Positions 11,200-23,249 of a stretch of 64,000 nucleotides of DNA are shown piece after piece. How positions within the stretch are numbered: the stretch's first letter is position 1; each line of letters starts with the position of its first letter. A program made the position numbers and the translations under genes. This DNA is from Callorhinchus milii (Eukaryota), in assembly GCF_018977255.1 (NCBI RefSeq), contig NW_024704743.1, positions 97,900,001 through 97,964,000 of the forward strand, read 5' to 3'. Under the pieces are notes generated by a model. The model made no database searches, had not been told where the DNA came from, and saw only the letters and a program-made list of their open reading frames with translations.

Positions 11200-11715
11200 G
11201 ACAATCTAATGGTGGAGGAAGAGGAGGAAAATGGGGCCAGTAATAAAGGCATGATGGGAGAGTAGTTGAAGGTGGCAGGTCATCACATAGAGAAGAGGAG
11301 CTGAAAGGATCAGTTACCCGAATTAAACAACAGACTTGCATTGAGAAGATTGCTGTGTGCCAGGGAGTCTAGTCAGGAAGTGTACCATCTCATGCAGGCA
11401 GAACCACAGGGAATATCAGCAGTCATGACACCACTTTCCATGGCTGTGAAAGTGACCATCTGCCTCAACTACTGGTTCATTCCGGGCACCCACTGAGGCC
11501 ATGTCTGGCATGAGCCAGAACACAGCAAGCTGCAGCTTTGAGGAAGTGGCAATCCAAAGGACAACACAGTGCATCATGTATGAAAGTAGTCAGCAGGTGC
11601 AGAGGCAGAGGCTGCCTTCCCAGATTGCAAAGGTTTATTGACTCTACCCCATATTAAAGTTTCAGCTCAAAACACTTGGCATTGAGAGGTTCCACTCAAT
11701 CACTGCAGATTGTAG
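11200..11715 (+). mobile_element. Decayed PIF/Harbinger DDE transposase fragment
   Basis: Frameshifted translation: LRRLLCARE...EVYHLMQAE...PLSMAVKVTICLN/TGSFRAPTEAMSGMSQNTAS...AAFPDCKG/FIDST/HIKVSA...RFHSI. Collinear with Harbinger/HARBI1-type motifs (GSFQ....D..GISQ, GFP...GAIDCTH, KGFHS). Confidence 0.75.
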
Positions 11716-12072
11716 ATTACTACGTTGGGAAAATTATGTATAGAACTGCCAGGCACCTGGGTGAACATGAGGTGGGTGAGTGGGGGGTAAGTGGGGGAAG
11801 GGGGAGCTGAGTAGGAACTTCTTTATTCTCAAGTGATCCTGTCTTTATAGAGTTTTGGATGAGAAGACATATTGGATGACTGGATTCTGGGGAACTTGGG
11901 CTCTATTTTCTCGCCAAGGCTAATAATTACCTGTAGCAGAGCCTCAAAATTCTACCTAATATTAGCCCATAAGATAATTTTGTCATAAACATTCAGGCTA
12001 CACAGAATCAGTATCAGTGATGAGCGATGGCTCAGTGAGTATAAATTGCATCCTGCCCCCCTTATACCATTT

Positions 12073-12390
12073 GTGGAGTCCTGTAGCTCAGTGGTTAGAG
12101 CACTCGCTTTGCAAGCGAGATACCTGAGTTCAATTCCAGGCAGGGCGAAACCTTGGGCAAGTTTCCTTACTCCACACAGAGCCTAATAATAATCCCTCCA
12201 AAACAAAACAAGAATAAATTGGTCATTTTCAATCTACGACTGATTATGGGACATTGCTGTGCGCAAATGGCTGCCGCGTTCGCCCACAAATATATAGTCA
12301 ATTCACTTTACAGTGTTCTGTGAAGCGCTTTGGGACGTCCTCCCGATGTGAAAAGCGCTATATCAAATGCAAGGATTATTATTATTATTA
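12073..12390 (+). mobile_element. Young SINE family A, full length
   Basis: Intact A and B boxes, CpGs largely retained, (TAT)n tail. Confidence 0.95.
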
Positions 12391-12650
12391 GGGAGTGCTG
12401 TATTGTAGAGGTGCTGTTCCTTAAGTGTTAAACTGAGATTTTTATCTGCCTGTTCAGGTGCACATTAAAATTCCCCTGGCACAATTTGAAAAGTGAAGGG
12501 AGTTTCCCAGTGTCCTGGCTAATGATCCCCCTGATAAAATTGGCCATTCACGCCATGGCTGTTGGTGGGACATTGCTGTGTGCAAATTGTCTGTCTCGTT
12601 TGTCTGCAGACTCCAGTGCAAAATCTGCAGTCATTACATTTTACTTTAAT
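12391..12650 (+). mobile_element. Old SINE family B body
   Basis: gggagtgctgtattgtagaggtgc...ctgcctgttcaggtg...gggacattgctgtgtgcaaatt. Confidence 0.8.
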
Positions 12651-13733
12651 TGTGGTAAGTTCTTGAATTTAACCTTAATTTGGAAGTCAGTTTTGTTTCA
12701 CCAGTCTCGGGTCAGGTATAGCATAGACTAAAGTTCTCCTTTGCTTTGCTCTAGCAATCTGCCTTCAGCTTAACTACACTCCATCATCCCTGTGACAGTT
12801 ACATTTCCTCCTGGCTTCTGAATGCAATTACAATTATGGCAAATTGTCAACGGTTTATGATTGTTTATTCCATTTAGTTGCTGAATGCAATTGTGTCGAT
12901 ATGAGCTCAGTGGATTCAATGGGCACACAGTCTAGAGTTGACAGTGGTCCTGCCAATGACATTGACCAATTTGCTTTGAGTATTGGTATTGCTAACATTG
13001 TTCTGGCCTAGAATTTGCTCTGAGCAACTGTTAAACAAATGCTCAGCAGAGTTTGTAACAGATGTTCTAGGTGTCATTCAGACTGTTGCCAGCCAGGTAC
13101 AGTATATCCAAGCTGCCTGGAGAAAGGCTTGGAGCACCTTGGTTAGAAAAACACCTCTCTGATTGATCAATGAGAGTTTCTCCCAGGGATCTGGCCAACA
13201 ATTCCCTCAAATTGAATTGGTCACTCACTCCTTGGGAGTTTGTGGAATATTGCTTTGCACAAACTGGCTGCCGAGTTTCATGCACAAAATACACAGTCAA
13301 TCCTGCTGTCAGATCCAAGTCACACATCTACTGAACTAAGAACAGAAGGCAGAATGGCAGTGTGTGAGAAAAGGCAAGACCTTTGTGATTTTCTATTCAA
13401 AGGAGCTGTCAAAAATATACCTAAGCCACCGAAGAGATTTGTATCCCATCAGTCTGCACTGAATTCAAACCCAAAGCTTGCAAAGCTTAATCACCTACAC
13501 GACAGCATCATTGCACTCTACAGAACATCCTGTGAAGCTCTTTGAGATGTTTTGGCAATGTGATAAAATGTTATAGCAAATGCTGGTATTATTGTTATTT
13601 TTATTGTTATTCTAACTCCTTTTAACGCCCAGCGACCAAATATAAAGCACATTTTAGTATAAACTTGACACATTATTGTAATGTTCTGACAAGAAAGAAA
13701 TTCTTGACGAACATGAACAATGCTAATTCACAG

Positions 13734-14681
13734 TGTTAGAATATACATTTTTTGTATACTGCTAGAATTATAATAGATGTTGTGAATGGGTTAACTTTTA
13801 AGTTAAGTGTGGGGGGCAACTGGACTGACTGTCATGAGATAGGACACATCTGGTTTCCTCTGTTTTTTAAAGAATAACGGACAGCTTTGGAAAAGGGCAG
13901 GGGGTCACCTCTTATCAGTAAATGACAACAAGCCCACAGAGGTAACGGTCCAAGGTACCGGTCGACACAGGATCTCGACTTAGCAATAAGTCGCTAGATT
14001 CTGACAGGGCCTGCCAAGCGACCAAAGGCAACCCTCAAGAATAGCAACTAATGAGCAAGTTGTTTAAACTGGAGGACCTTGGTACCATCCCGGGATACTG
14101 ATAAGAAATAACCAGTCACTTAAAAGGAATGTACTAATGATCCCACCTAACAAAATAACAAGAATCAGATAATAGGGGTATTAAGGACAATGTGTATGTG
14201 TGCTGAGGCATGTACACCAAGCATGATTTTGACCAGGTGATCTAACGTCTGCACCATGATTGGACGAACATCGGTATAAGAGTTCCCATAACTTTGTGTA
14301 CGGGGCCGTCCCAGGTCGCGGAGACAAGGATACGGTAGATGGGGCCGTCCCGGGTCGCGGAGACAAGGGTACGGGAGATGGGGCCGTCCCGGGCAGCGGA
14401 GACAAGGGTACGGGAGATGGAAGACTGAGAGCTAGAAACACTAAGACTGAGGATATCAGATGGAAGATTGAAAGCTGCAAGCAAGAAGACTGAAAGCATG
14501 AAGAATCAAGCTTGTGTGCTGTAAAGACACATCTACGGTGGTATTATTCTGTTATAAGATCTGTTGATTGTACCGGCCTTTGGTCTGACCCATCGGGATA
14601 ATGGGGAATAACGAACGAATGATAATAAAACAATCTGATATCTGGTTGCAAACGGATTATGGCTGATTTTATTTTCTAACA
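13734..14681 (+). mobile_element. Solo LTR, family 1 (948 bp)
   Basis: Ends TGTTAGAA...TTCTAACA, 4-bp TSD ACAG, inverted CCAAT at about 14259, TATAAG at 14275, AATAAA at 14624. Homologous to 31192-32172. Confidence 0.93.
14302..14418 (+). repeat. 39-bp GC-rich tandem repeat x3 inside the LTR
   Basis: Unit ggggccgtcccgggtcgcggagacaagggtacgggagat starting at 14302, 14341 and 14380. Confidence 0.95.
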
Positions 14682-14814
14682 ACAGATGCAACTCAACATT
14701 GAGCCCTTCAATAATGCTATTAGAAATGGATATCGCTTATCCACGATATATACAAATTGATTTCTTTATTTTCTCTGGTCTTCGGGCACTGATCTTAGTG
14801 AGTAATGAACAAAG

Positions 14815-15210
14815 AACTTATATTTTTTGATCGCTTTATTGTGTCTAAATATCTTGAAGTTCTTCACAAATGATTAAGTGCAGTGACTGTATTTGTCCAC
14901 AAGCATGATGGCTATTTGTGCCGGAAACATCTTCCAAAGAGCTAATTGATCAATTAACCTGGAGATCTGTTCAGGACACTCAGAGAAAGACTGTTCTCTT
15001 TTAATAATAATAATAATAACAATACGTGCATTTGATATAGCGCGTTATCACATCATGATGTCTCAAAGCGCTTCACAGAATATACTGTAAAGTGGATTGA
15101 ATGTGTATTTTGTTGGTGAAATGTAGCAGCCAGTTTGTGGACAGCAATATCCCACAAGCTGCCATGGAGTGATTGAACAATTTTATTTGGGGGATTTGTT
15201 AGCCAGATTG
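14815..15210 (-). mobile_element. Two tandem Deu-SINE 3' halves
   Basis: Reverse-complement tails, including (AAT)n...gcatttgatatagcgc...caaagcgcttcacag. Confidence 0.75.
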
Positions 15211-16307
15211 TAGTGTAATATGGGGCTTTGAGCGCCCAGTTTTCTAGTCATATTTCTGAAATTTCAAATGTTGTTACGGTTGGAGCATTTTTTAAGGAGC
15301 ATCCAGTGTGTACTGTTTAGAAGAAAAAGAGCTAACTTACCAGCCTGATACTCAGTGGAGAACATGAATAATCTATGGGAGCCATGCCAATAGAGAAGGC
15401 TAGGAGCATTGTTTTGAGGAGGTGTCTCCAAATAGCCACTGCTACAATTGATCTAAATGTAATTTGACATATTTTAGGAGGTGGTTCAAGTTTCCGATTG
15501 AAAGGGATTGTTTAGTGAATGCATACTGTTGTGAGTCGCTGAAATGCTGAAAACACACCATCCTGAAAGATGTTTTCTCTGTAACTTTGCTTGCAATAAT
15601 ATTTTTAACAAGCGAGGGCCAAATGTTCCACTTGTTATAGAAACATGAATCACATGGAATCTGTTATGAAAATACCACATTTTTTTCACTTTACTGTGTT
15701 TTGCATCAAACACTGACGTGGGCTTCAGGGATTTAACCGCAAAGATTGCTTCATTGAATGTACTAGCGCTTCCCTAACTATAGGATTGTTGTGGCTTATT
15801 CTGTGGGATGAGGGGATGGGGAGAAAACACTTTGCCGGCCCTCCTTGTGGTGAGTTGCTCAATTTGGCCATAAAGGGCCAGCTTCTGTAATACCAGCTGA
15901 CAGCTGGTGCAATAGAGACACAACAGCTACAAGGCATTAGTTTGTAAAAATACCATTTGTGTTCACATTATATATTCTCTGGGGACAACATAAGCTCAAC
16001 CTTTCACTTCCATGGTCTATAATTTAATATTGAAGCATCTGCTGTGTTTCCACGCAGAAATCCAAATATCACAGTAACCCATTTCCAGACGTTACATCAT
16101 AAAACATTCTCTGAAATAAGTACGTGTTGAGGAACTGTGAGGCTGTCAGCATATTAGCATGAAAAACAGAAGCTTTTATTTTAACATATTAACATGTATT
16201 AACAAGAAAATTATATCACTGAATTAAATTCTGATCAATATAAGGGAGATGTAACAAACACATGAGAATCAGCAATGGCTCAAATTCTCAGGTCAAAGCG
16301 TTAACAC

Positions 16308-16838
16308 CAGCCTGGCTCAATTGTTAGCACTTTATGTCTGAGTTAGAAGGATGTGGGTTCAAACTCTGCATTGAGACTTGAACTCATATAGTCTAGGACC
16401 TACACTCCAGTGCAATGCTAGGGTATGTTACATTTTTGTAGAGGAGCACAAAAGTAACAACAATCATAATAATAAAAATATCTGAATCTCCCATTAATGA
16501 CACAACTGAAATTGTGCAGTGCTACTGTGTGTTACATTGTTGGAGGTGCTACCTTTTTAATGAGATGTTAAATCGAGGTCTTCTTCAACTCAATGTTAAA
16601 GATCCCATGGCTACTAATTGAAAAGATAACGGAGTCTCTCCCACTCTTCTGGCCAATAATCCCTTGAAATAATATTGGTGATTCACATGATGGCTTTTTG
16701 TGGTACAACGCTGTGTGAAACTGGGCTGTCGTGTTTGCCTGCAAATACAGTCGCTACTCTTTTCAGTAAAATCGTATGAAGTGCTGTGAAACGTCCTCCT
16801 GACGTGAAGATTATTATACCAAATGCTAGGATTATTAT
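16308..16838 (+). mobile_element. Old SINE family B with an internal insertion of about 76 bp
   Basis: Head cagcctggctcaattgttagcac...ggttcaaac, Deu block and tail; foreign segment at 16441-16516. Confidence 0.8.
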
Positions 16839-16964
16839 GTTAAAATTTATGATTGTGCAGAATTTTCAAAAAAGGCTTCAGTTTTAATTAGAATCTGTTT
16901 TCTCATAGGTATTATTTTAAGTATTTGGGAAAACCAGTTCAAATACGTACATTTTGATTTTAAG

Positions 16965-17307
16965 GTCACAGTCTAGGATGACACTCCAGTGTAGCGTTGG
17001 GGTTGTGCTGCAGTTTTGGAGGTGCTGTCCTGATAAAATGTGAGATAGAGGTCTCATCCACCAGTTCAAATGGCCATTAAGGATCCTATGGCACTATTCA
17101 AAAAGAGAAGGGAGTTTCTCCCAGTGTCTTGGCAAACAATTCCCCCAGATAAAATTGATAATTTACTTCATGGCTGTTTGTTCATCAATTGGCTGCTGTG
17201 TTTGCCTGCAAATACATAATAATCTCACTGTAAAGCAAATTGCTGTGAAGTGTTTTGAGATATTTTGATTTATTGGCACTATCTCAAATGCAAGGATTAT
17301 AATTATT
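16965..17307 (+). mobile_element. Old SINE family B, 5'-truncated
   Basis: gtctaggatgacactccagtg...ggcactattcaaaaagagaagggagtttctccc...gcaaggattat. Confidence 0.8.
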
Positions 17308-17309
17308 GA

Positions 17310-17500
17310 AGTTAAGGCTCATTTGAGATTTAATGACTGACAAGCAGTCAGTCAGAATTGTGACAGGCCTCCAAGCAGAAAGATAGATAGAACTGGGTGT
17401 CATTGATATGTGAAAACTAATTCCATGCCTGTGGATGCTGTGAGCATGGAGAAGCTTACAGATAAGGAATAGAAGAGGACCGACAATCGAGCACTTAATG
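17310..17500 (-). mobile_element. L2 RT-domain fragment
   Basis: ORF track 17284..17610 contains VGPLLFLI...HRHGISFH...LTDCLSVIKSQM, matching the L2 RT at 59970-60180. Confidence 0.75.
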
Positions 17501-17689
17501 TTTGCATCCCACATTAATACGGATTCCTGCTGCTCTGCCTTGCCTTCAGTGCCATCACACAGAATTTCTGTGGTGTCATTAATGAAAGATTCAGATATTT
17601 TTATTATCATTATTATTAGTAGTTTTGTGCTCTTCGATCGATCTAACTAATTAACTCACTCACTCAATGATCGATCGATCGATCAATCG

Positions 17690-17792
<103 letters not shown>

Positions 17793-17812
17793 AGCATCCC
17801 ACCTCTAGACCT

Positions 17813-18153
17813 GTGGAGTCCTGCAGCTCAGTGGTTAGAGCACTCGCTTTGCAAGCGAGAGACCTGGGTTCAATTCCAGGCAGGTCAGGGCGAAACCTTG
17901 GGCAAGTTTCCTTACTCCACACAGAGCCTAATAATAATCCCTCCAAAACCAAAAACAAGAATAAATTGGTCATTTTCAATCTACGACTGTTTGTGTGACA
18001 TTGCTGTGCGCAATTGGCTGCCGCGTTCGCCCACAAATATACAGTCAATTCACTTTACAGTGTATTCTGTAAAGCGCTTTGGGACGTCCTCCCGACGTGA
18101 AAAGCGCTATATCAAATGCAAGGATTATTATTATTATTAAGGATTATTATTAT
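17813..18153 (+). mobile_element. Young SINE family A, full length, duplicated tail end
   Basis: Intact head; aaggattattatt appears twice at the 3' end. Confidence 0.95.
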
Positions 18154-18194
18154 GCTGGATTTGGGGGAAAAAATTGTATTGAAAAGAAAAAGCA

Positions 18195-18695
18195 ATACAG
18201 TACAAAATGATATTTGTATAGGGCCTTTCACGTCAGGAGGACGTCCCAAGGCACTAGACAGTCAGGGATTTGGACCCAAGTAAGAGTTGGAGGAGGTGTG
18301 GGGGGGGGGTTGAGATCGGGAGGTGGGTGGAGGGCAGGGAGGGTAGGAGGGTGGACGAAGGCGCCGTCGAAAAGAAGAGTCTTGAAATGTGCCTTGAAGG
18401 AGGCAAGGGATAGAAGGAGTGAGGTGAAGGGAATGGGAATGGAGTTCCAGAGGGTGGGGGCAGAGAGGCTGAAGGTCTGACTGCCTATGGTGGGGTGGGC
18501 TGGGCGGGGGATGTGGAGCAGACCGGAGCCTGCTGAGTGGAGTGAGCAGACAGGATGATATGGGGTTAGCAGTTCATGGAGGTAGGAAGGGACAAGACCA
18601 TGGAGGGCCTTGAAGACAAGGTCGAGGATTTTGAACTCTATTGTCTGGGAGATGGGGAGCCAGTGGAGCCGGGCGAGGGTGGGGGTGATAGAGTC
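18195..18695 (-). mobile_element. L2 LINE, 5'-truncated
   Basis: ORF track 18228..18779: ITPTLARLHWLPISQTIEFKIL...LHGLVPSYL...FSLSAPTLWNSIP. Confidence 0.93.
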
Positions 18696-19584
18696 ATTCT
18701 TCACTGCAAAATAATAAACCAAGTGAAAGTAGTGGGGCAGAGAATAATCTTCGAAAGACATGCAATGAGCATTTTCCAATGAGGGTCACATTAGAGACAG
18801 GAGACATTCTACTCCAAGAATGTTTTTGTGGTCTCAGTCTTACTGTGGTGCTGGTTGTGAGATTTACACATATTCAGGCAAATGTCTTATGCATCTATTC
18901 TTTGGAGTCACTTTTATAAATAATTACCAAGCTGCTTTTATTTTTTTACAGAGGGTATCTGTCTGCAGCTTCACATTGCTCTTTCACATTGCACATTGAG
19001 TGCTTTCAGTGGTAATGTTTTCCATCTTTTTTGTTGTAGTTTGAATAAAGAAAAATCTCAGGAATTAGAAGCCAAATAGATGGAGAAGACACCTAAACAT
19101 GTCGTTGCCTCGCATCTGCTTCCAAGAACCAAACGTATTTACTTTGAAACCATACTGTGTTAAGCTGTCAGAGAACCTAGGCGTTTCACTACATTGAATT
19201 AGGTGGTCATATGTCACCTCTGGTGAAATGGGAAAGTGTTCTTACTGCTCTTTCCTTCTTTATTTATCTTAATTTAGAACTGTTTGTGTATACTTTGCTA
19301 TTCCCACGACTCTGAGACAGCAGCAGAAATGAATCCCTGCTTCCCACATCCCTGCTGCTGCCTTTAAAATGTACACAGATTCCAGCAGTGCTCCTTACAA
19401 AGATTTCTCCAGGTGCCTAAATTACATTATTTTGTTACTTATTCTTTCCATCCAACTAAAAGTGCTGCTTAAACAAATACATATTACATTTTGATGTGGA
19501 TTCAGATTTGCTCTATGAGCCAGGTGCAACTTTAATGAATGATTGATACGTCATTAAATTATTGACCATTATTTCATTTAAAAT

Positions 19585-19935
19585 ATAATCCTTGCATAGC
19601 ACCTTATCACATCATCAAAAATTCTCAAAGCACTTCACAAAGTATAATGTATTTTGTAAGGAATCACAGCAGCCAATTTGCACACAGCAATGTCCCAGAA
19701 ACAGCCATAATGAATGAACAATTTAATCAGTGAGATTGTTGTCCAGGACACTGAGAGAAACTCTTTTTTTTGCAAATAGGGCCATGAAACCTTTAGCATC
19801 CACATTACCAGCAGATGTGACCTTGGTTTAACATCTCATTCGAAGAATGGCACCTCTGACAATACAGCACTCTCCCAGCACTGTACTGAAGTGTCAATGA
19901 GACTGGGAATTTAAAATCCCGACATGGGGCTTGCG
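19585..19935 (-). mobile_element. Old SINE family B
   Basis: Reverse-complement Deu block and tail. Confidence 0.8.
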
Positions 19936-21559
19936 GCACTTCCACCAAATCTTACTTTGTGTCCTTACCCACAATAATCTTATTCAGGTTTCCATATTAA
20001 CACACTTGACTGTTGAACATGATCGTTTACCAAAATTGCAATCTTAAACAACAGGATATTACTGAAGTTAGATTGCAACGGTTTCTCTCACTTTCTTAAC
20101 AGGCAGTGTTTAATTCATATTGGAAGCAATATTTAAAATGCCCCCACTGACTTAGCTTGATATATCCACTTAATTTCTCTGCTTTTTGTCCCATAAATAT
20201 TAATTTGCTATTACAAGTATCATAGTAAGTCTCATTATCCATTAGTGTTATGCAATGCCTGGTGCATTTTAATCTCATTAAGGGAACGTCTTCCTTCAGA
20301 AACAACCATCCTGATAACATTGTACGAGAACATATCTGAAAGCAGCACTAACAATCAGAACTTGAGTTCGCACAAAATACAGCATTTCTTTGCTAATTAA
20401 TTGGCACCAGTCAAGCCACCTCCTGAAAGGATAAATTTAGAAACTCAGAATGTGGAAGATGAAAGAAAATGAGCCACATGAGCCAGGAGACTTCTGAAAG
20501 TGAAAACGCTCCACACAGGAGGTGGGGGAAAAGAACAGCCTTTGTATGGTGTGCAATTTTAATTAGACCTTTCACTGAGGAAAATAGCAGACCCGAGCTG
20601 ATGAATAACAATGGTTTATTTGACAAGTTTGCAAAAAAAAGGCAAATAAAATATAGTTTATTTTTAGGTTTACGTAGGAAAATCAATTTATAAAATCATT
20701 TATTTTACTTTGAATTCAAGTTTTAAAATGCAGGCGTACACTGCAGTAAAATTTTTAACCCGTATGTGTACAATATAATTTTAATAATTTCCTCCTCAAT
20801 TATCTTCCCTCAATGTGATATATCCTGAGATATAAGGGCACTCGGACCTGATTCTGATATCACATTCACGTTGCAAACCTTTATTAAAGTATAATAGTAC
20901 TGTAACAATAATAATATTTCTCAGACTTTATGAAGAAGTCAAGGCTGTGATGATGAGCTTCTTACCTATTGTATATTTGTAAGATATTGTTTAATGAATG
21001 CACACAATGGAATCCCCAAGTCTTGGCTCTCAACAATCTACGTCAAATACTCTCCAGGAATTAGGTAAGAAAAGTGTATTCCTCCAGGTCTGCACTCCAT
21101 TCTAGACATATGGAAATTGCCATGTGTAGATGGCATACATGTGTGGCACTCTCAGTTTGGTTTGAATATTCTTAAGTTTGGTAATGAGTCTCGAATGTGT
21201 CAGATATCTGGTTGACCCCCCAAAAATATTAATTACTGAATATTTTGATACAAATGTTGAAATTTGCAGTTCCCACAAAGGAATCAATAAGGTAGTGAAG
21301 CATAAACTCTGAAAGAATTGGTGTTATGTAACTTGCTTTATTATTGCAGGCTTTTCATAATTTTTCTTACAGTTTGAAAATTTTACAGCATTATCATAGG
21401 TAATATTCTGCTTTAGGCTTTTAAGTTCTATGTTATGTTTCCTCTGCTGATTGCAATTCCCTTATGTTTTTATTAAAAGCTTAAGTTAGACTGGGCTTGT
21501 CAGTAATGTGAAATTGACTTAACTTAGATATGTTAGATACCTGTATAGAGTGCATATTA

Positions 21560-21975
21560 ATAATAATCATCGCATTTGCATTTGATATAGCTACTCATCG
21601 TGCCATTGAGACATCTCAAAACACTTCACACAATTTACTGTCAAGTATAGTGACAGTGTATTTGCAAGCAAATGTAGCAACCCTTTGTGTACAGCAATGT
21701 CCAATGAATAGCCATGAGGTGAATGACCAATTTTATCTGGACAATTGTTGGCCAGGAAACCGGGAGAATCTCCCCTTATTTTTTAAATGGCACTAGAGGA
21801 TGTTTATTGGCCAACCGAATAGGCAAATTGGATCCTAGTTTAATGTGTCATCTGAGCACAGCTCCTTCGACAATGCAGGACTCACTCACCGCACTGCAGT
21901 GTCAGTCTAGACTACGAATTGAAAATCCTGATGTGTCTTGAATCTACAACCTTCTGCCTCAGAAGCAAGAGGCAA
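21560..21975 (-). mobile_element. Old SINE family B
   Basis: Tail through decayed head (ttgaatctacaaccttctgcctcaga). Confidence 0.8.
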
Positions 21976-21977
21976 AC

Positions 21978-22248
21978 CCCGGCGGTGCAGCTATTGGCCA
22001 GAGGGAGGCCGGTGCAGGCCCGGAGTGAGCGCGGATTGCCGTTTGCGAGGTGTCCATCTTGCCGAGCGCCCTCCCCCCAGCAGGTTAGGTTGTTGGGGAG
22101 GCAATTTCAATGGGTTTTCAGAGCAGAGAGGAGTCTGGCCTGGAGCGTGTGAGCCAACAAGTAACTGATTCACATCGGCGGCACCCCCTCACTGCTCAGA
22201 GCCCCATGCAATTGCACGGGCTGCATGTGCCTAATGCCGCCAGCTGGA
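21978..22248 (+). mobile_element. GC/CpG-rich interspersed repeat (probable non-autonomous DNA transposon), adjoining a SINE head
   Basis: Sharp GC-rich block ending gcccca-tgcaattgca-cgggctgcatgtgcctaatgccgccagctgg; second copy at 3590-3757. Superfamily not established. Confidence 0.7.
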
Positions 22249-23069
22249 CTTGGCAGTTTTTGGGGATTCTTTATTAGCTGCCACCTTCAGCCTAGCAACC
22301 CCTTTGAGGCCGCTAAGCTGTTTCTACATTCTTTTGTATTCCTGGGCATGCGAGAAATTGTACTGACCCTTTTTGTCACTTCCCCCAGGCCTGTGGATGC
22401 CCAAAAGTTGTAGGCACTATTTTTATGATTCCTGTAAAGTGGGGTTGACATTTCACAAACTGTGTGACTCAGCCTTTAAGTCCACGTTTGTAAATCCCTG
22501 GTTCCCTAGTTTCCTCATCTGCTTTGCTGTGCATCCCACTTTACCATCACCAAAAACTGAACAAGTGAAGGTTAACTTTTTTCTCTCCAGTTGTTAAAGT
22601 GATAAATTGCATGATCCCATATACCTCATTGTTAGATGTCTTGAATTCCCATCAGCAGCATGAGTGCACTTACAAAATATAGTCACTCCACTTTATTCAG
22701 TGTGTCCTGGGAAATGCGTTGACATATCCTACTGACGTGAAAGGCACTGTATCAAATGTCAGGATTATTATGATAGGATAAATGTAAGGATTATTATTAC
22801 CATTGAACAGAAACTGTAGTAATTAATGTTGTATAAGCTAAACAGAAAAAGTGAGTGAACCATTTTGCAATTTTATTATCACCACAAATACAGTCCTTCT
22901 CTAAAACAATACCTTTATTAGAGGTTGTAACCTGTAAAAGCACAAGGAAGTTTATCAACATTTAAGATTTAAAAGGAGGGAAGGGGAATAATGTATAAAA
23001 GTATTATATTTTAGATTGGGCAATTTCAATGTAAAAATCTTTTACAATTTTTAAAAATGGTTTTAACTA

Positions 23070-23210
23070 TGATGAGAGGCTGGAGTTATATTCCTAAAAG
23101 CAGAGAAAGTTAAGGGGTGATTTGATTGAGTTGTTTAAATCAATGAAATTAATTAACAGATTAAATAATGGATGACTCTTTTCCTTGGTAGAGGGATCAA
23201 TTACAAGGAT
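23070..23210 (+). mobile_element. CR1 LINE fragment
   Basis: gagcagagaaagttaaggggtgatttgattgag-like block (EQRKLRGDLIE motif). Confidence 0.65.
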
Positions 23211-23249
23211 TGAAGCCTTCAAAACCAGAACAAACAACAACAGTTTGCA

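Noticed and set aside
12700..12795. Possible LF-SINE-related ancient repeat fragments (also near 21050 and 26090)
   Set aside because: Similarity is from memory and too weak to support without an alignment.
14302..14418. Possible CRISPR-like array
   Set aside because: Head-to-tail repeats with no unique spacers, eukaryotic LTR context and no cas genes.
14260..14493. 77-aa ORF with 13-aa repeats containing RGD
   Set aside because: TTG start, lies inside an LTR, and the frame is not conserved in the second LTR copy; a by-product of the 39-bp repeat.
17898..18140. Recurrent small ORFs MGKFPYST... and MESCSSVVRALAL... resembling a gene family
   Set aside because: They are translations of SINE A copies with non-ATG starts and variable frameshifts.
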